From the NCBI GenBank assembly GCA_964016885.1, contig OZ024744.1, forward strand, positions 130,014,001 to 130,078,000: a stretch of 64,000 nucleotides of DNA. Reading direction: 5' to 3'. The translations under genes and the position numbers were made by a program. This stretch comes from Eledone cirrhosa. Lineage: Eukaryota. The notes under the pieces are model-generated. The model saw only the letters and a list, made by a program, of their open reading frames with translations, made no database searches and was not told the origin of the DNA. Positions 50,601 through 62,900 of this stretch are shown here, piece after piece. Each line of letters starts with the position of its first letter. Position 1 is the stretch's first letter.

Positions 50601-52870
50601 AAGTTAAGTTGGAGTTAAGTTAAGTTGGGGGTAAGTTAAGTTGGGGTTAAGTTAAGTTGGGGTTAAGATAAGTTGGGGTTAAGTTAAGTTGGGGTTGAGC
50701 TAAGTTGGGGTTGAGTTAATTTGGGGTTAAGTTAAGTTGGGGTTAAGTTAAGTTGGGTTTAAGTTAAGTTGGGGTTAAGTTAAGTTGGGGTTAAATTAAG
50801 TTGGGGTTAAGCTAAGTTGGGGTTAAGTTAAATTGAGGTTAAGTTGGGGTTAATTTAAGTTGGGGTTAAGCTAAGTTGGGGTTAAGTTAAATTGAGGTTA
50901 AGTTAAGTTGGGGTTAAGTTAAGTTGGGGTTAATTTAAGTTGGGGCTAAGTAAAGTTGGGGCTAAGTTAAGTGGGGGTTAAGTTAAGTTAGGGTTGAGTT
51001 AAGTTGGGGTTAAGTTAACTTTGGGTTAAGTTAAGTTGGGTTTGAGTTAAGTTGGGGTTAATTAAGTTGGGGTTAAGTTAAGTTGGGGTTAAGTTAAGTT
51101 GCGGTTAAGTTAAGTTGAGGTTAAGTTAAGTTGGGGTTAAGTGAAGTTGGGGTTAAGTTAAGTTGGGGCTAAGTTAAGTTGGGGCTAAGTTAAGTTGGGG
51201 CTTAGTTAAGTTGGGGTTAAGTTAAGTTGGGGTTAAGTTAAGGTGGGGTTTAATTAAGTTGGGGTCAACTAAAGTTGGGGTTAAGTTAAGTTGGGGTTCA
51301 CTTAAGTTGGGGTTAAGTTAAGTTGGGGTTAAGTTAAGTTGGGGTTTATTTAAGTTGGGGTTCAGTTAATTTGGGGTTAAGTTAAGTTTGGGTTTAGTTG
51401 GGGTTAAATTAAGTTGGGGTTAAGTTAAGTTGGGGTTAAGTTACGTTGGGGTTAATTTAAGTTGGGGTTAAGTTAAGTTGCGGGTAATTTAAGTTGGGGT
51501 TAAGTTAAGTTGGGGTTAAGTTAAGTTGGGGTTAAGTTAAGTTGGGGGTAAGTTAAGTTGGGGGTAAGTTAAGTTGGGGGTAAGTTAAGTTGGGGTTAAG
51601 TTAAGTTGGGGTTAAGTTAAGTTGGGGTTAAGTTAAGTTAGGGTTAAGTTAAGTTGGGGTTGAGTTAAGTTGGGGTTAAGTTAAGTTGGGGTTATGTTAA
51701 GTTGGGGTTAAGTTAAATTTCGGTTAATTTAACTTTGTGGTTAAGTTAAGTTGGGGTTAATTTAAGTTGGGGTTAAGTTAAGTTGGGGTTAATTTAAGTT
51801 GCGGTTAAGTTAAGTTGAGGTTAAGTTAAGTTGGGGTTAAGTTAAGTTGGGGTGAAGTTAAGTTGGGATTAAGTTAAGTTGGGGTTAAGTTAAGTTGGGG
51901 TTAAGTTAAGTTGGGGTTAAGTTAGATTGTTGTTAAGTTAAGTTGGGGTTAAGTTAAGTTGGGGTTAATTTAAGTTGGGGTTAAGTTAAGTCGGGGTTAA
52001 GTTGAGTTGGAGTTAGGTTAAGTTGGGGTTAAGTTAAGTTGGGGTTAAGTTAAGTTGGGGTTAAGATAAGTTGGGGTTAAGTTAAGTTGGGGTTGAGTTA
52101 ATTTGGGGTTAACTTAAGTTGGGGTTAACTTAAGTCGGGATTAAGTTAAGTGGGGGTTAAGTTAAGTTCGGGTTAAATTAAGTTCGGGTTAAGTTAAGTT
52201 GGGGTTAAGTTAAGTTGGGGTTAAGTTAGGTTGGGGTTAAGTTAAGTTGGGGGTAAGTTAAGTTGGGGGTAAGTTCAGTTGGGGTTAAGTTAAGTTGGGG
52301 TTGAGTTAAGTTGGGGCTAAGTTAAGTTAGGGTTATGTTAAGTTGGGGTTAATTTAAGTTGGGGTTAAGTTAAGTTGGGGTTCAATTAAGTTGCGGTTAA
52401 TTTAAGTTGGGGTTAAGTTAAGTTGGGGTTAACTTAAGTTGGGGTTAAGTTAAGTTGGGGTTAAGTTAAGTTGGGGTTAAATTAAGTTGGGGTTAAGTTA
52501 AGTTGGAGTTAAGTTAAGTTGGGGTTAAGTTAAGTAGGGGTTAAGTTAAGTTGGGGTTAAGTTAAGTTGGGGTTAAGTTAAGTTGGGGTTAAGTTAATTT
52601 GTGGTTAAGTTAAGTTGGGGTTAAGTTAAGTTGGGGTTAAGTTCAGTCGGGGTTAAGTTAAGTCGGGGTTAAGTTAAGTTGGGGTTGAGTTAAGTTGGGC
52701 TTAAGTTAAGTTGGGGTTAAGATAAGTTGGGGTTAAGTTAAGTTGGGGTTGAGTTAAGTTGGGGTTGAGTTAATTTGGGGTTAAGTTAAGTTGGAGTTAA
52801 CTTAAGTTGGGTTTAAGTTAAGTTGGGGTTAAGTTAAGTTGGGGTTAAATTAAGTTGGGGTTAAGTTAAG
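44620..52870 (+). repeat. Mosaic zone of A-like and B-like blocks with irregular periods (~1.0-2.6 kb)
   Basis: TTGATG doublets are at 44897, 46089, 48668 and 49652 (spacings 1192, 2579, 984). A B-type block reappears from ~51,850 (GTCGGGA at 52136 vs 43335). Confidence 0.75.
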
Positions 52871-55800
52871 TTGGGGGTAAGATAAGTTGGGGTTAGTTAA
52901 GTTGCGGTTAAGTTAAGTTGGGGTTAAGTTAAGTTGGGGTTAAGTTAAGTTGGGGTAAAGTTAAGGTAGGGGTAAGTTAAGTTGGGGGTAAGTTAAGTTG
53001 GGGTTAATTTAAGTTAGGTCTAATTAAGTTGGGTTAAGTTAAGTTGGGGTTAAATTAAGTTGGGGTTAAGTTAAGTTGGGGTTAAGTTAAGTTGGGGTTA
53101 AGTTAAGTTGCGGTTAAGTTAAGTTGAGGTTAAGTTAAGTAGGTGTTAAATTATGTTGGGGTTAAGTTAAGTTCGGGTTAAGTTAAGTTGGGGTTAAGTT
53201 GAGTTGGGCATAAGTTATGTTGGGGATAAGTTAAGTTGGGGTTAAGTTAAGTTGGGTTTAAGTTAAGTTTGGGTTAAGTTAAGTTTGGGTTAAGTTAAGT
53301 TGGGGTTAAGTTAAGTTGGTTAGTTAAGTTGAGTTTAAGTTAAGTTGGGGTTAATTTAAGTTGGGGTTAAGTTAAGTTGGGGTTAAGTTAAGTTGGGGTT
53401 AAGTTAAGTTGGGGTTAAGTTAAGTTGCGGTTAAGTTAAGTTGAGGTTAAGTTAAGTTGGGGTTAAGTTAAGTTGGGGTTAAGTTAAGTTGGGGCTAAGT
53501 TAAGTTGGGGCTAAGTTAAGTTGGGGCTAAGTTAAGTTGGGGTTAAGTTAACTTTGGGTTAAGTTAATTTGGGTTTGAGTTAAGTTGGGGTTAATTAAGT
53601 TGGGGTTAAGTTAAGTTGGGGTTAAGTTAAGTTGGGGTTAAGTTAAGTTGGTGTTAAGTTAAGTTGGGGTTAAGTTAAGTCGGGGTTAAGTTAAGGTGGG
53701 GTTAAGTTAAGTTGGGGTCAACTAAAGTTGGGGTTAAGTTAAGTTGGGGTTAACTTAAGTTGGGGTTAAGTTAAGTTGGGGTTAAGTTGGGGTTAAATTA
53801 AGTTGGGGTTAAGTTAAGTTGGGGTTAAGTTAAATGGGGTTAAGTTAAGTTGCGGGTAATTTAAGTTGGGGTTAAGTTAAGTTGGGGTTAAGTTAAGTTG
53901 GGGGTAAGTTAAGTTGGGGGTAAGTTAAGTTGGGGGTAAGTTAAGTTGGGGTTAAGTTAAGTTGGGGTTAAGTTAAGTTGGGGTTAAGTTAAGTTAGGGT
54001 TAAGTTAAGTTGGGGTTGAGTTAAGTTGGGGTTAAGTTAAGTTGGGGTTATGTTAAGTTGGGGTTAAGTTAAGTTGGGGTTAAGTTAAGTTGGGGTTAAG
54101 TTAAGTTGCGGCTAAGTTAAGTTGGGGTTAAATTAAGTTGGGGTTAATTTAAGTTGGGATTAATTTAAGTTGGGGTTAAGTTAAGTTGGGGTTAAGTTAA
54201 GTTGGGGTTAAGTTAGATTGTTGTTAAGTTAAGTTGAGGTTAAGTTAAGTTGGGGTTAATTTAAGTTGGGTTTAATTTAAGTTGGGTCTAATTAAATTGG
54301 GGTTAAGTTAAGTTGGGGGTAAGTTAAGTTGGGGGTAAGTTAAGTTGGGGGTAAGTTAAGTTGGGGTTAATTTAAGTTAGGTCTAATTAAGTTGGGGTTA
54401 AGTTAAGTTGGGGTTAAATTAAGTTGGGGTTAAGTTAAGTTGGGGTTAAGTTAAGTTGGGGTTAAGTTAAGTTGCGGTTAAGTTAAGTTGAGGTTAAGTT
54501 AAGTAGGGGTTAAATTATGTTGGGGTTACGTTAAGTTCGGGTTAAGTTAAGTTGGGGTTAAGTTGAGTTGGGGATAAGTTAAGTTGGGGATAAGTTAAGT
54601 TGGGGTTAAGTTAAGTTGGGTTTAAGATAAGTTTGGGTTAAGTTAAGTTGGGGTTAAGTTAAGTTGGGGTTAAGTTAAGTTGGTTAGTTAAGTTGAGTTT
54701 AAGTTAAGTTGGGGTTAATTTAAGTTGGGGTTAAGTTAAGTTGGGGTTAAGTTAAGTTGGGGTTTAATTAAGTTGCGGGTAATTTAAGTTGGGGTTAAGT
54801 TAAGTTGGGGGTACGTTAAGTTGGGGGTAAGTTAAGTTGGGGTTAAGTTAAGTTGGGGTTAAGTTAAGTCGGGGTTAATTTAAGTTGCGGTTAAGTTAAG
54901 TTGGGGGTAAGATAAGTTGGGGTTAGTTAAGTTGCGGTTAAGTTAAGTTGGGGTTAAGTTAAGTTGGGGTTAAGTTAAGTTGGGGTAAAGTTAAGGTAGG
55001 GGTAAGTTAAGTTGGGGGTAAGTTAAGTTGGGGGTAAGTTAAGTTGGGGTTAATTTAAGTTAGGTCTAATTAAGTTGGGGTTAAGTTAAGTTGGGGTTAA
55101 ATTAAGTTGGGGTTAAGTTAAGTTGGGGTTAAGTTAAGTTGGGGTTAAGTTAAGTTGCGGTTATGTTAAGTTGAGGTTAAGTTAAGTAGGGGTTAAATTA
55201 TGTTGGGGTTAAGTTAAGTTCGGGTTAAGTTAAGTTGGGGTTAAGTTGAGTTGGGCATAAGTTATGTTGGGGATAAGTTAAGTTGGGGTTAAGTTAAGTT
55301 GGGTTTAAGTTAAGTTTGGGTTAAGTTAAGTTTGGGTTAAGTTAAGTTGGGGTTAAGTTAAGTTGGTTAGTTAAGTTGAGTTTAAGTTAAGTTGGGGTTA
55401 ATTTAAGTTGGGGTTAAGTTAAGTTGGGGTTAAGTTAAGTTGGGGTTAAGTTAAGTTGGGGTTAAGTTAAGTTGCGGTTAAGTTAAGTTGAGGTTAAGTT
55501 AAGTTGGGGTTAAGTTAAGTTGGGGTTAAGTTAAGTTGGGGCTAAGTTAAGTTGGGGCTAAGTTAAGTTGGGGCTAAGTTAAGTTGGGGTTAAGTTAACT
55601 TTGGGTTAAGTTAATTTGCGTTTGAGTTAAGTTGGGGTTAATTAAGTTGGGGTTAAGTTAAGTTGGGGTTAAGTTAAGTTGGGGTTAAGTTAAGTTGGTG
55701 TTAAGTTAAGTTGGGGTTAAGTTAAGTCGGGGTTAAGTTAAGGTGGGGTTAAGTTAAGTTGGGGTCAACTAAAGTTGGGGTTAAGTTAAGTTGGGGTTAA

Positions 55801-56945
55801 CTTAAGTTGGGGTTAAGTTAAGTTGGGGTTAAGTTGGGGTTAAATTAAGTTGGGGTTAAGTTAAGTTGGGGTTAAGTTAAATGGGGTTAAGTTAAGTTGC
55901 GGGTAATTTAAGTTGGGGTTAAGTTAAGTTGGGGTTAAGTTAAGTTGGGGGTAAGTTAAGTTGGGGGTAAGTTAAGTTGGGGGTAATTTAAGTTGGGGTT
56001 AAGTTAAGTTGGGGTTAAGTTAAGTTGGGGTTAAGTTAAGTTAGGGTTAAGTTAAGTTGGGGTTGAGTTAAGTTGGGGTTAAGTTAAGTTGGGGTTATGT
56101 TAAGTTGGGGTTAAGTTAAGTTGGGGTTAAGTTAAGTTGGGGTTAAGTTAAGTTGCGGCTAAGTTAAGTTGGGGTTAAATTAAGTTGGGGTTAAGTTAAG
56201 TTGGGATTAATTTAAGTTGGGGTTAAGTTAAGTTGGGGTTAAGTTAAGTTGGGGTTAAGTTAGATTGTTGTTAAGTTAAGTTGAGGTTAAGTTAAGTTGG
56301 GGTTAATTTAAGTTGGGTTTAATTTAAGTTGGGTCTAATTAAGTTGGGGTTAAGTTAAGTTGGGGGTAAGTTAAGTTGGGGGTAAGTTAAGTTGGGGGTA
56401 AGTTAAGTTGGGGTTAATTTAAGTTAGGTCTAATTAAGTTGGGGTTAAGTTAAGTTGGGGTTAAATTAAGTTGGGGTTAAGTTAAGTTGGGGTTAAGTTA
56501 AGTTGGGGTTAAGTTAAGTTGCGGTTAAGTTAAGTTGAGGTTAAGTTAAGTAGGGGTTAAATTATGTTGGGGTTACGTTAAGTTCGGGTTAAGTTAAGTT
56601 GGGGTTAAGTTGAGTTGGGGATAAGTTAAGTTGGGGATAAGTTAAGTTGGGGTTAAGTTAAGTTGGGTTTAAGATAAGTTTGGGTTAAGTTAAGTTGGGG
56701 TTAAGTTAAGTTGGGGTTAAGTTAAGTTGGTTAGTTAAGTTGAGTTTAAGTTAAGTTGGGGTTAATTTAAGTTGGGGTTAAGTTAAGTTGGGGTTAAGTT
56801 AAGTTGGGGTTCAATTAAGTTGCGGGTAATTTAAGTTGGGGTTAAGTTAAGTTGGGGGTACGTTAAGTTGGGGGTAAGTTAAGTTGGGGTTAAGTTAAGT
56901 TGGGGTTAAGTTAAGTCGGGGTTAATTTAAGTTGCGGTTAAGTTA
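52870..56945 (+). repeat. ~2.05 kb tandem duplication (offset 2,030-2,047)
   Basis: Private variants are shared: TTAAGGTAGGGG at 52961/54991, GGGCATAAGTTATG at 53209/55256 and TTGCGGCT at 54112/56159. Confidence 0.87.
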
Positions 56946-59900
56946 AGTTGGGGTTAAGTTAAGTTGGCGTTAAGTTAAGTTGGGATTAAGTTAAGTTGGG
57001 GTTAAGTTAAGTTGGGGTTAAGTTAAGTGGGGGTTAAGTTGAGTTGGGGTTAAGTTAAGTTGGGGTTAAGTTAAGTTGGGGTTAAGTTAAGTTGGGGTTA
57101 AGATAAGTTGGGGTTAAGTTAAGTTGGGGTTGAGTTAAGTTCGGGTTGAGTTAATTTGGTGTTAACTTAAGTTGGGGTTAAGTTAAGTTGGGATTAAGTT
57201 AATTGGGGTTAAGTTAAGTTGGGGTTAAATTAAGTTCGGGTTAATTTAAGTTCGGGTTAAGTTAACTTGGGGTTAAGTTAAGTTGGGGTTAAGTTAAGTT
57301 GGGGTTAAGTTAGGTTGGGGTTAAGTTATGTTGGGGGTAAGTTAAGTTGGGGGTAAGTTAAGTTGGGGGTAAGTTAAGTTGGGTCTAATTAAGTTGGGGT
57401 TAAGTTAAGTTGGGGTTAAGTTAAGTTGGGGTTAAGTTAAGTTGGGGTTAAGTTAAGTTGGGGTTAGGTTAAGTTGGGGCTAAGTTAAGTTGGGGTTAAG
57501 TTAAGTTGGGGTTACGTTAAATTGGGGGTAAGTTAAGTTGGTGGTAAGTTAAGTTGGGGGTAAGTTAAGATGGGGTTAAGTTAAGTTGGGGTTAATTTAA
57601 TTTGGGGTTAAGTTAAGTTGGGGTTAAGTTAAGTTGGGGTTAAGTTAAGTTGGAGTTAAGTTAAGTTGGGGGTAAGTTAAGTTGGGGTTAAGTTAAGTTG
57701 GGGTTAAGATAAGTTGGGGTTAAGTTAAGTTGGGGTTGAGCTAAGTTGGGGTTGAGTTAATTTGGGGTTAAGTTAAGTTGGGGTTAAGTTAAGTTGGGTT
57801 TAAGTTAAGTTGGGGTTAAGTTAAGTTCGGGTTAAGTTAAGTTGGGGTTAAGTTGAGTTGGGGATAAGTTAAGTTGGGGATAAGTTAAGTTGGGGTTAAG
57901 TTAAGTTGGGTTTAAGATAAGTTTGGGTTAAGTTAAGTTGGGGTTAAGTTAAGTTGGGGTTAAGTTAAGTTGGTTAGTTAAGTTGAGTTTAAGTTAAGTT
58001 GGGGTTAATTTAAGTTGGGGTTAAGTTAAGTTGGGGTTAAGTTAAGTTGGGGTTAAGTTAAGTTGGGGTTAAGTTAAGTTGCGGTTAAGTTAAGTTGAGG
58101 TTAAGTTAAGTTGGGGTTAAGTTAAGTTGGGGTTAAGTTAAGTTGGGGCTAAGTTAAGTTGGGGCTAAGTTAAGTTGGGGCTAAGTTAAGTTGGGGTTAA
58201 GTTAACTTTGGGTTAAGTTAATTTGGGTTTGAGTTAAGTTGGGGTTAATTAAGTTGGGGTTAAGTTAAGTTGGGGTTAAGTTAAGTTGGGGTTAAGTTAA
58301 GTTGGGGTTAAGTTAAGTTGCGGTTAAGTTAAGTTGATGTTAAGTTAAGTTGATGTTAAGTTAAGTTGGGGTTAAGTTAAGTCGGGGTTAAGTTAAGGTG
58401 GGGTTAAGTTAAGTTGGGGTCAACTAAAGTTGGGGTTAAGTTAAGTTGGGGTTAACTTAAGTTGGGGTTAACTTAAGTTGGGGTTAAGTTGGGGTTAAAT
58501 TAAGTTGGGGTTAAGTTAAGTTGGGGTTAAGTTAAATGGGGTTAAGTTAAGTTTCGGGTAATTTAAGTTGGGGTTAAGTTAAGTTGGGGTTAAGTTAAGT
58601 TGGGGGTAAGTTAAGTTGGGGGTAAGTTAAGTTGGGGGTAAGTTAAGTTGGGGTTAAGTTAAGTTGGGGTTAAGTTAAGTTGGGGTTAAGTTAAGTTAGG
58701 GTTAAGTTACGTTGGGGTTGAGTTAAGTTGGGGTTAAGTTAAGTTGGGGTTATGTTAAGTTGGGGTTAAGTTAAGTTGGGGTTAAGTTAAGTTGGGGTTA
58801 AGTTAAGTTGCGGTTAAGTTAAGTTGGGGTTAAATTAAGTTGGGGTTAAGTTAAGTTGGGATTAAGTTAAGTTGGGGTTAAGTTAAGTTGGGGTTAAGTT
58901 AGATTGTTGTTAAGTTAAGTTGGGGTTAAGTTAAGTTGGGGTTAATTTAAGTTGGGGTTAATTTAAGTTGGGTCTAATTAAGTTGGGGTTAAGTTAAGTT
59001 GGGGTTAAGTTAAGTTGGGGTTAAGTTAAGTTGGGGTTAAATTAAGTTGGGGTTAAGTTAAGTTGGGGTTAAGTTAAGTTGGGGTTAAGTTAAGTTGGGT
59101 TTACGTTAAGTTGGGGGTAAGTTAAGTTGGTGGTAAGTTAAGTTGGGGGATAGTTAAGATGGGGTTAAGTTAAGTTGGGGTTAATTTAATTTGGGGTTAA
59201 GTTAAGTTAGGGTTAAGTTAAGTTGGGGTTGAGTTAAGTCGGGGTTCAGTTAAGTTGGGGTTATGTTAAGTTGGGGTTAAGTTAAGTTGGGGTTAAGTTA
59301 AGTTGGGGTTCAATTAAGTTGCGGGTAATTTAAGTTGGGGTTAAGTTAAGTTGGGGGTACGTTAAGTTGGGGGTAAGTTAAGTTGGGGTTAAGTTAAGTT
59401 GGGGTTAAGTTAAGTCGGGGTTAATTTAAGTTGCGGTTAAGTTAAGTTGGGGTTAAGTTAAGTTGGGGTTAAGTTAAGTTGGGATTAAGTTAAGTTGGGG
59501 TTAAGTTAAGTTGGGGTTGAGTTAAGTTGGGGTTAAGTTAGATTGTTGTTAAGTTATTTTGGGGTTAAGTTAAGTTGGGGTTAAGTTAAGTTGGAGTTAA
59601 TTTAAGTTGGGGTTAAGTTAAGTGGGGGTTAAGTTGAGTTGGGGTTAAGTTAAGTTGGGGTTAAGTTAAGTTGGGGTTAAGTTAAGTTGGGGTTAAGATA
59701 AGTTGGGGTTAAGTTAAAATGGGGTTGAGTTAAGTTCGGGTTGAGTTAATTTGGTGTTAACTTAAGTTGGGGTTAAGTTAAGTTGGGATTAAGTTAATTG
59801 GGGTTAAGTTAAGTTGGGGTTAAATTAAGTTCGGGTTAAGTTAAGTTCGGGTTAAGTTAACTTGGGGTTAAGTTAAGTTGGGGTTAAGTTAAGTTGGAGT

Positions 59901-62900
59901 TAAGTTAGGTTGGGGTTAAGTTATGTTGGGGGTAAGTTAAGTTGGGGGTAAGTTAAGTTGGGGGTAAGTTAAGTTGGGGGTAAGTTAAGTTGGGTCTAAT
60001 TAAGTTGGGGTTAAGTTAAGTTGGGGTTAAGTTAAGTTGGGGTTAAGTTAAGTTGGGGTTAGGTTAAGTTGGGGCTAAGTTAAGTTGGGGTTAAGTTAAG
60101 TTGGGGTTACGTTAAGTTGGGGGTAAGTTAAGTTGGTGGTAAGTTAAGTTGGGGGTAAGTTAAGATGGGGTTAAGTTAAGTTGGGGTTAATTTAATTTGG
60201 GGTTAAGTTAAGTTGGGGTTAAGTTAAGTTGGGGTTAAGTTAAGTTGGAGTTAAGTTAAGTTGGGGGTAAGTTAAGTTGGGGTTAAGTTAAGTTGGGGTT
60301 AGGATAAGTTGGGGTTAAGTTAAGTTGGGGTTGAGCTAAGTTGGGGTTGAGTTAATTTGGGGTTAAGTTAAGTTGGGGTTAAGTTAAGTTGGGTTTAAGT
60401 TAAGTTGGGGTTAAGTTAAGTTGGGGTTAAATTAAGTTGGGGTTAAGCTAAGTTGGGGTTAAGTTAAATTGAGGTTAAGTTAAGTTGGGGTTAATTTAAG
60501 TTGGGGTTAAGCTAAGTTGGGGTTAAGTTAAATTGAGGTTAAGTTAAGTTGGGGTTAAGTTAAGTTGGGGTTAATTTAAGTTGGGGCTAAGTAAAGTTGG
60601 GGCTAAGTTAAGTGGGGGTTAAGTTAAGTTAGGGTTGAGTTAAGTTGGGGTTAAGTTAACTTTGGGTTAAGTTAAGTTGGGTTTGAGTTAAGTTGGGGTT
60701 AATTAAGTTGGGGTTAAGTTAAGTTGGGGTTAAATTAAGTTGCGGTTAAGTTAAGTTGAGGTTAAGTTAAGTTGGGGTTAAGTGAAGTTGGGGTTAAGTT
60801 AAGTTGGGGCTAAGTTAAGTTGGGGTTAAGTTAAGTTGGGGTTAAGTTAAGGTGGGGTTTAGTTAAGTTGGGGTCAACTAAAGTTGGGGTTAAGTTAAGT
60901 TGGGGTTCACTTAAGTTGGGGTTAAGTTAAGTTGGGGTTAAGTTAGATTGTTGTTAAGTTAAGTTGGGGTTAAGTTAAGTTGGGGTTAATTTAAGTTGGG
61001 GTTAATTTAAGTTGGGTCTAATTAAGTTGGGGTTAAGTTAAGTTGGGGTTAAGTTAAGTTGGGGTTAAGTTAAGTTGGGGTTAAGTTAAGTTGGGGTTAA
61101 GTTAAGTTGGGTTTACGTTAAGTTGGGGGTAAGTTAAGTTGGTGGTAAGTTAAGTTGGGGGATAGTTAAGATGGGGTTAAGTTAAGTTGGGGTTAATTTA
61201 ATTTGGGGTTAAGTTAAGTTAGGGTTAAGTTAAGTTGGGGTTGAGTTAAGTCGGGGTTCAGTTAAGTTGGGGTTATGTTATGTTGGGGTTAAGTTAAGTT
61301 GGGGTTAAGTGAAGTTGGGGTTCAATTAAGTTGCGGGTAATTTAAGTTGGGGTTAAGTTAAGTTGGGGGTACGTTAAGTTGGGTGTAAGTTAAGTTGGGG
61401 TTAAGTTAAGTTGGGGTTAAGTTAAGTCGGGGTTAATTTAAGTTGGGGTTAAGTTAAGTTGGGGTTAAGTTAAGTTGGGGTTAAGTTAAGTTGGGATTAA
61501 GTTAAGTTGGGGTTAAGTTAAGTTGGGGTTGAGTTAAGTTGGGGTTAAGTTAGATTGTTGTTAAGTTATTTTGGGGTTAAGTTAAGTTGGGGTTAAGTTA
61601 AGTTGGGGTTAATTTAAGTTGGGGTTAAGTTAAGTGGGGGTTAAGTTGAGTTGGGGTTAAGTTAAGTTGGGGTTAAGTTAAGTTGGGGTTAAGTTAAGTT
61701 GGGGTTAAGATAAATTGGGGTTAAGTTAAGTTGGGGTTGAGTTAAGTTCGGGTTGAGTTAATTTGGGGTTAACTTAAGTTGGGGTTAACTTAAGTTGGGA
61801 TTAAGTTAAGTTGGGGTTAAGTTAAGTTGGGGTTAAATTAAGTTCGGGTTAAGTTAAGTTGGGGTTAAGTTAAGTTGGGGTTAAGTTAAGTTGGGGATAA
61901 GTTAAGTTGGGGTTAAGTTAGGTTGGGGTTAAGTTATGTTGGGGGTAAGTTAAGTTGGGGGTAAGTTAAGTTGGGGGTAAGTTAAGTTGGGTCTAATTAA
62001 GTTGGGGTTAAGTTAAGTTGGGGTTAAGTTAAGTTGGGGTTAAGTTACGTTGGGGTTAAGTTAAGTTGGGGTTAGGTTAAGTTGGGGCTAAGTTAAGTTG
62101 GGGTTAAGTTAAGTTGGGGTTACGTTAAGTTGGGGGTAAGTTAAGTTGGTGGTAAGTTAAGTTGGGGGTAAGTTAAGATGGGGTTAAGTTAAGTTGGGGT
62201 TAATTTAATTTGGGGTTAAGTTAAGTTGGGGTTAAGTTAAGTTGGGGTTAAGTTGGAGTTAAGTTAAGTTGGGGGTAAGTTAAGTTGGGGTTAAGTTAAG
62301 TTGGGGTTAAGATAAGTTGGGGTTAAGTTAAGTTGGGGTTGAGCTAAGTTGGGGTTGAGTTAATTTGGGGTTAAGTTAAGTTGGGGTTAAGTTAAGTTGG
62401 GTTTAAGTTAAGTTGGGGTTAAGTTAAGTTGGGGTTAAATTAAGTTGGGGTTAAGCTAAGTTGGGGTTAAGTTAAATTGAGGTTAAGTTAAGTTGGGGTT
62501 AATTTAAGTTGGGGTTAAGCTAAGTTGGGGTTAAGTTAAATTGAGGTTAAGTTAAGTTGGGGTTAAGTTAAGTTGGGGTTAATTTAAGTTGGGGCTAAGT
62601 AAAGTTGGGGCTAAGTTAAGTGGGGGTTAATTTAAGTTAGGGTTGAGTTAAGTTGGGGTTAAGTTAACTTTGGGTTAAGTTAAGTTGGGTTTGAGTTAAG
62701 TTGGGGTTAATTAAGTTGGGGTTAAGTTAAGTTGGGGTTAAGTTAAGTTGGGGTTAAGTTAAGTTGGGGTTAAGTTAAGTTGCGGTTAAGTTAAGTTGAG
62801 GTTAAGTTAAGTTGGGGTTAAGTGAAGTTGCGGTTAAGTTAAGTTGGGGCTAAGTTAAGTTGGGGCTTAGTTAAGTTGGGGTTAAGTTAAGTTGGGGTTA

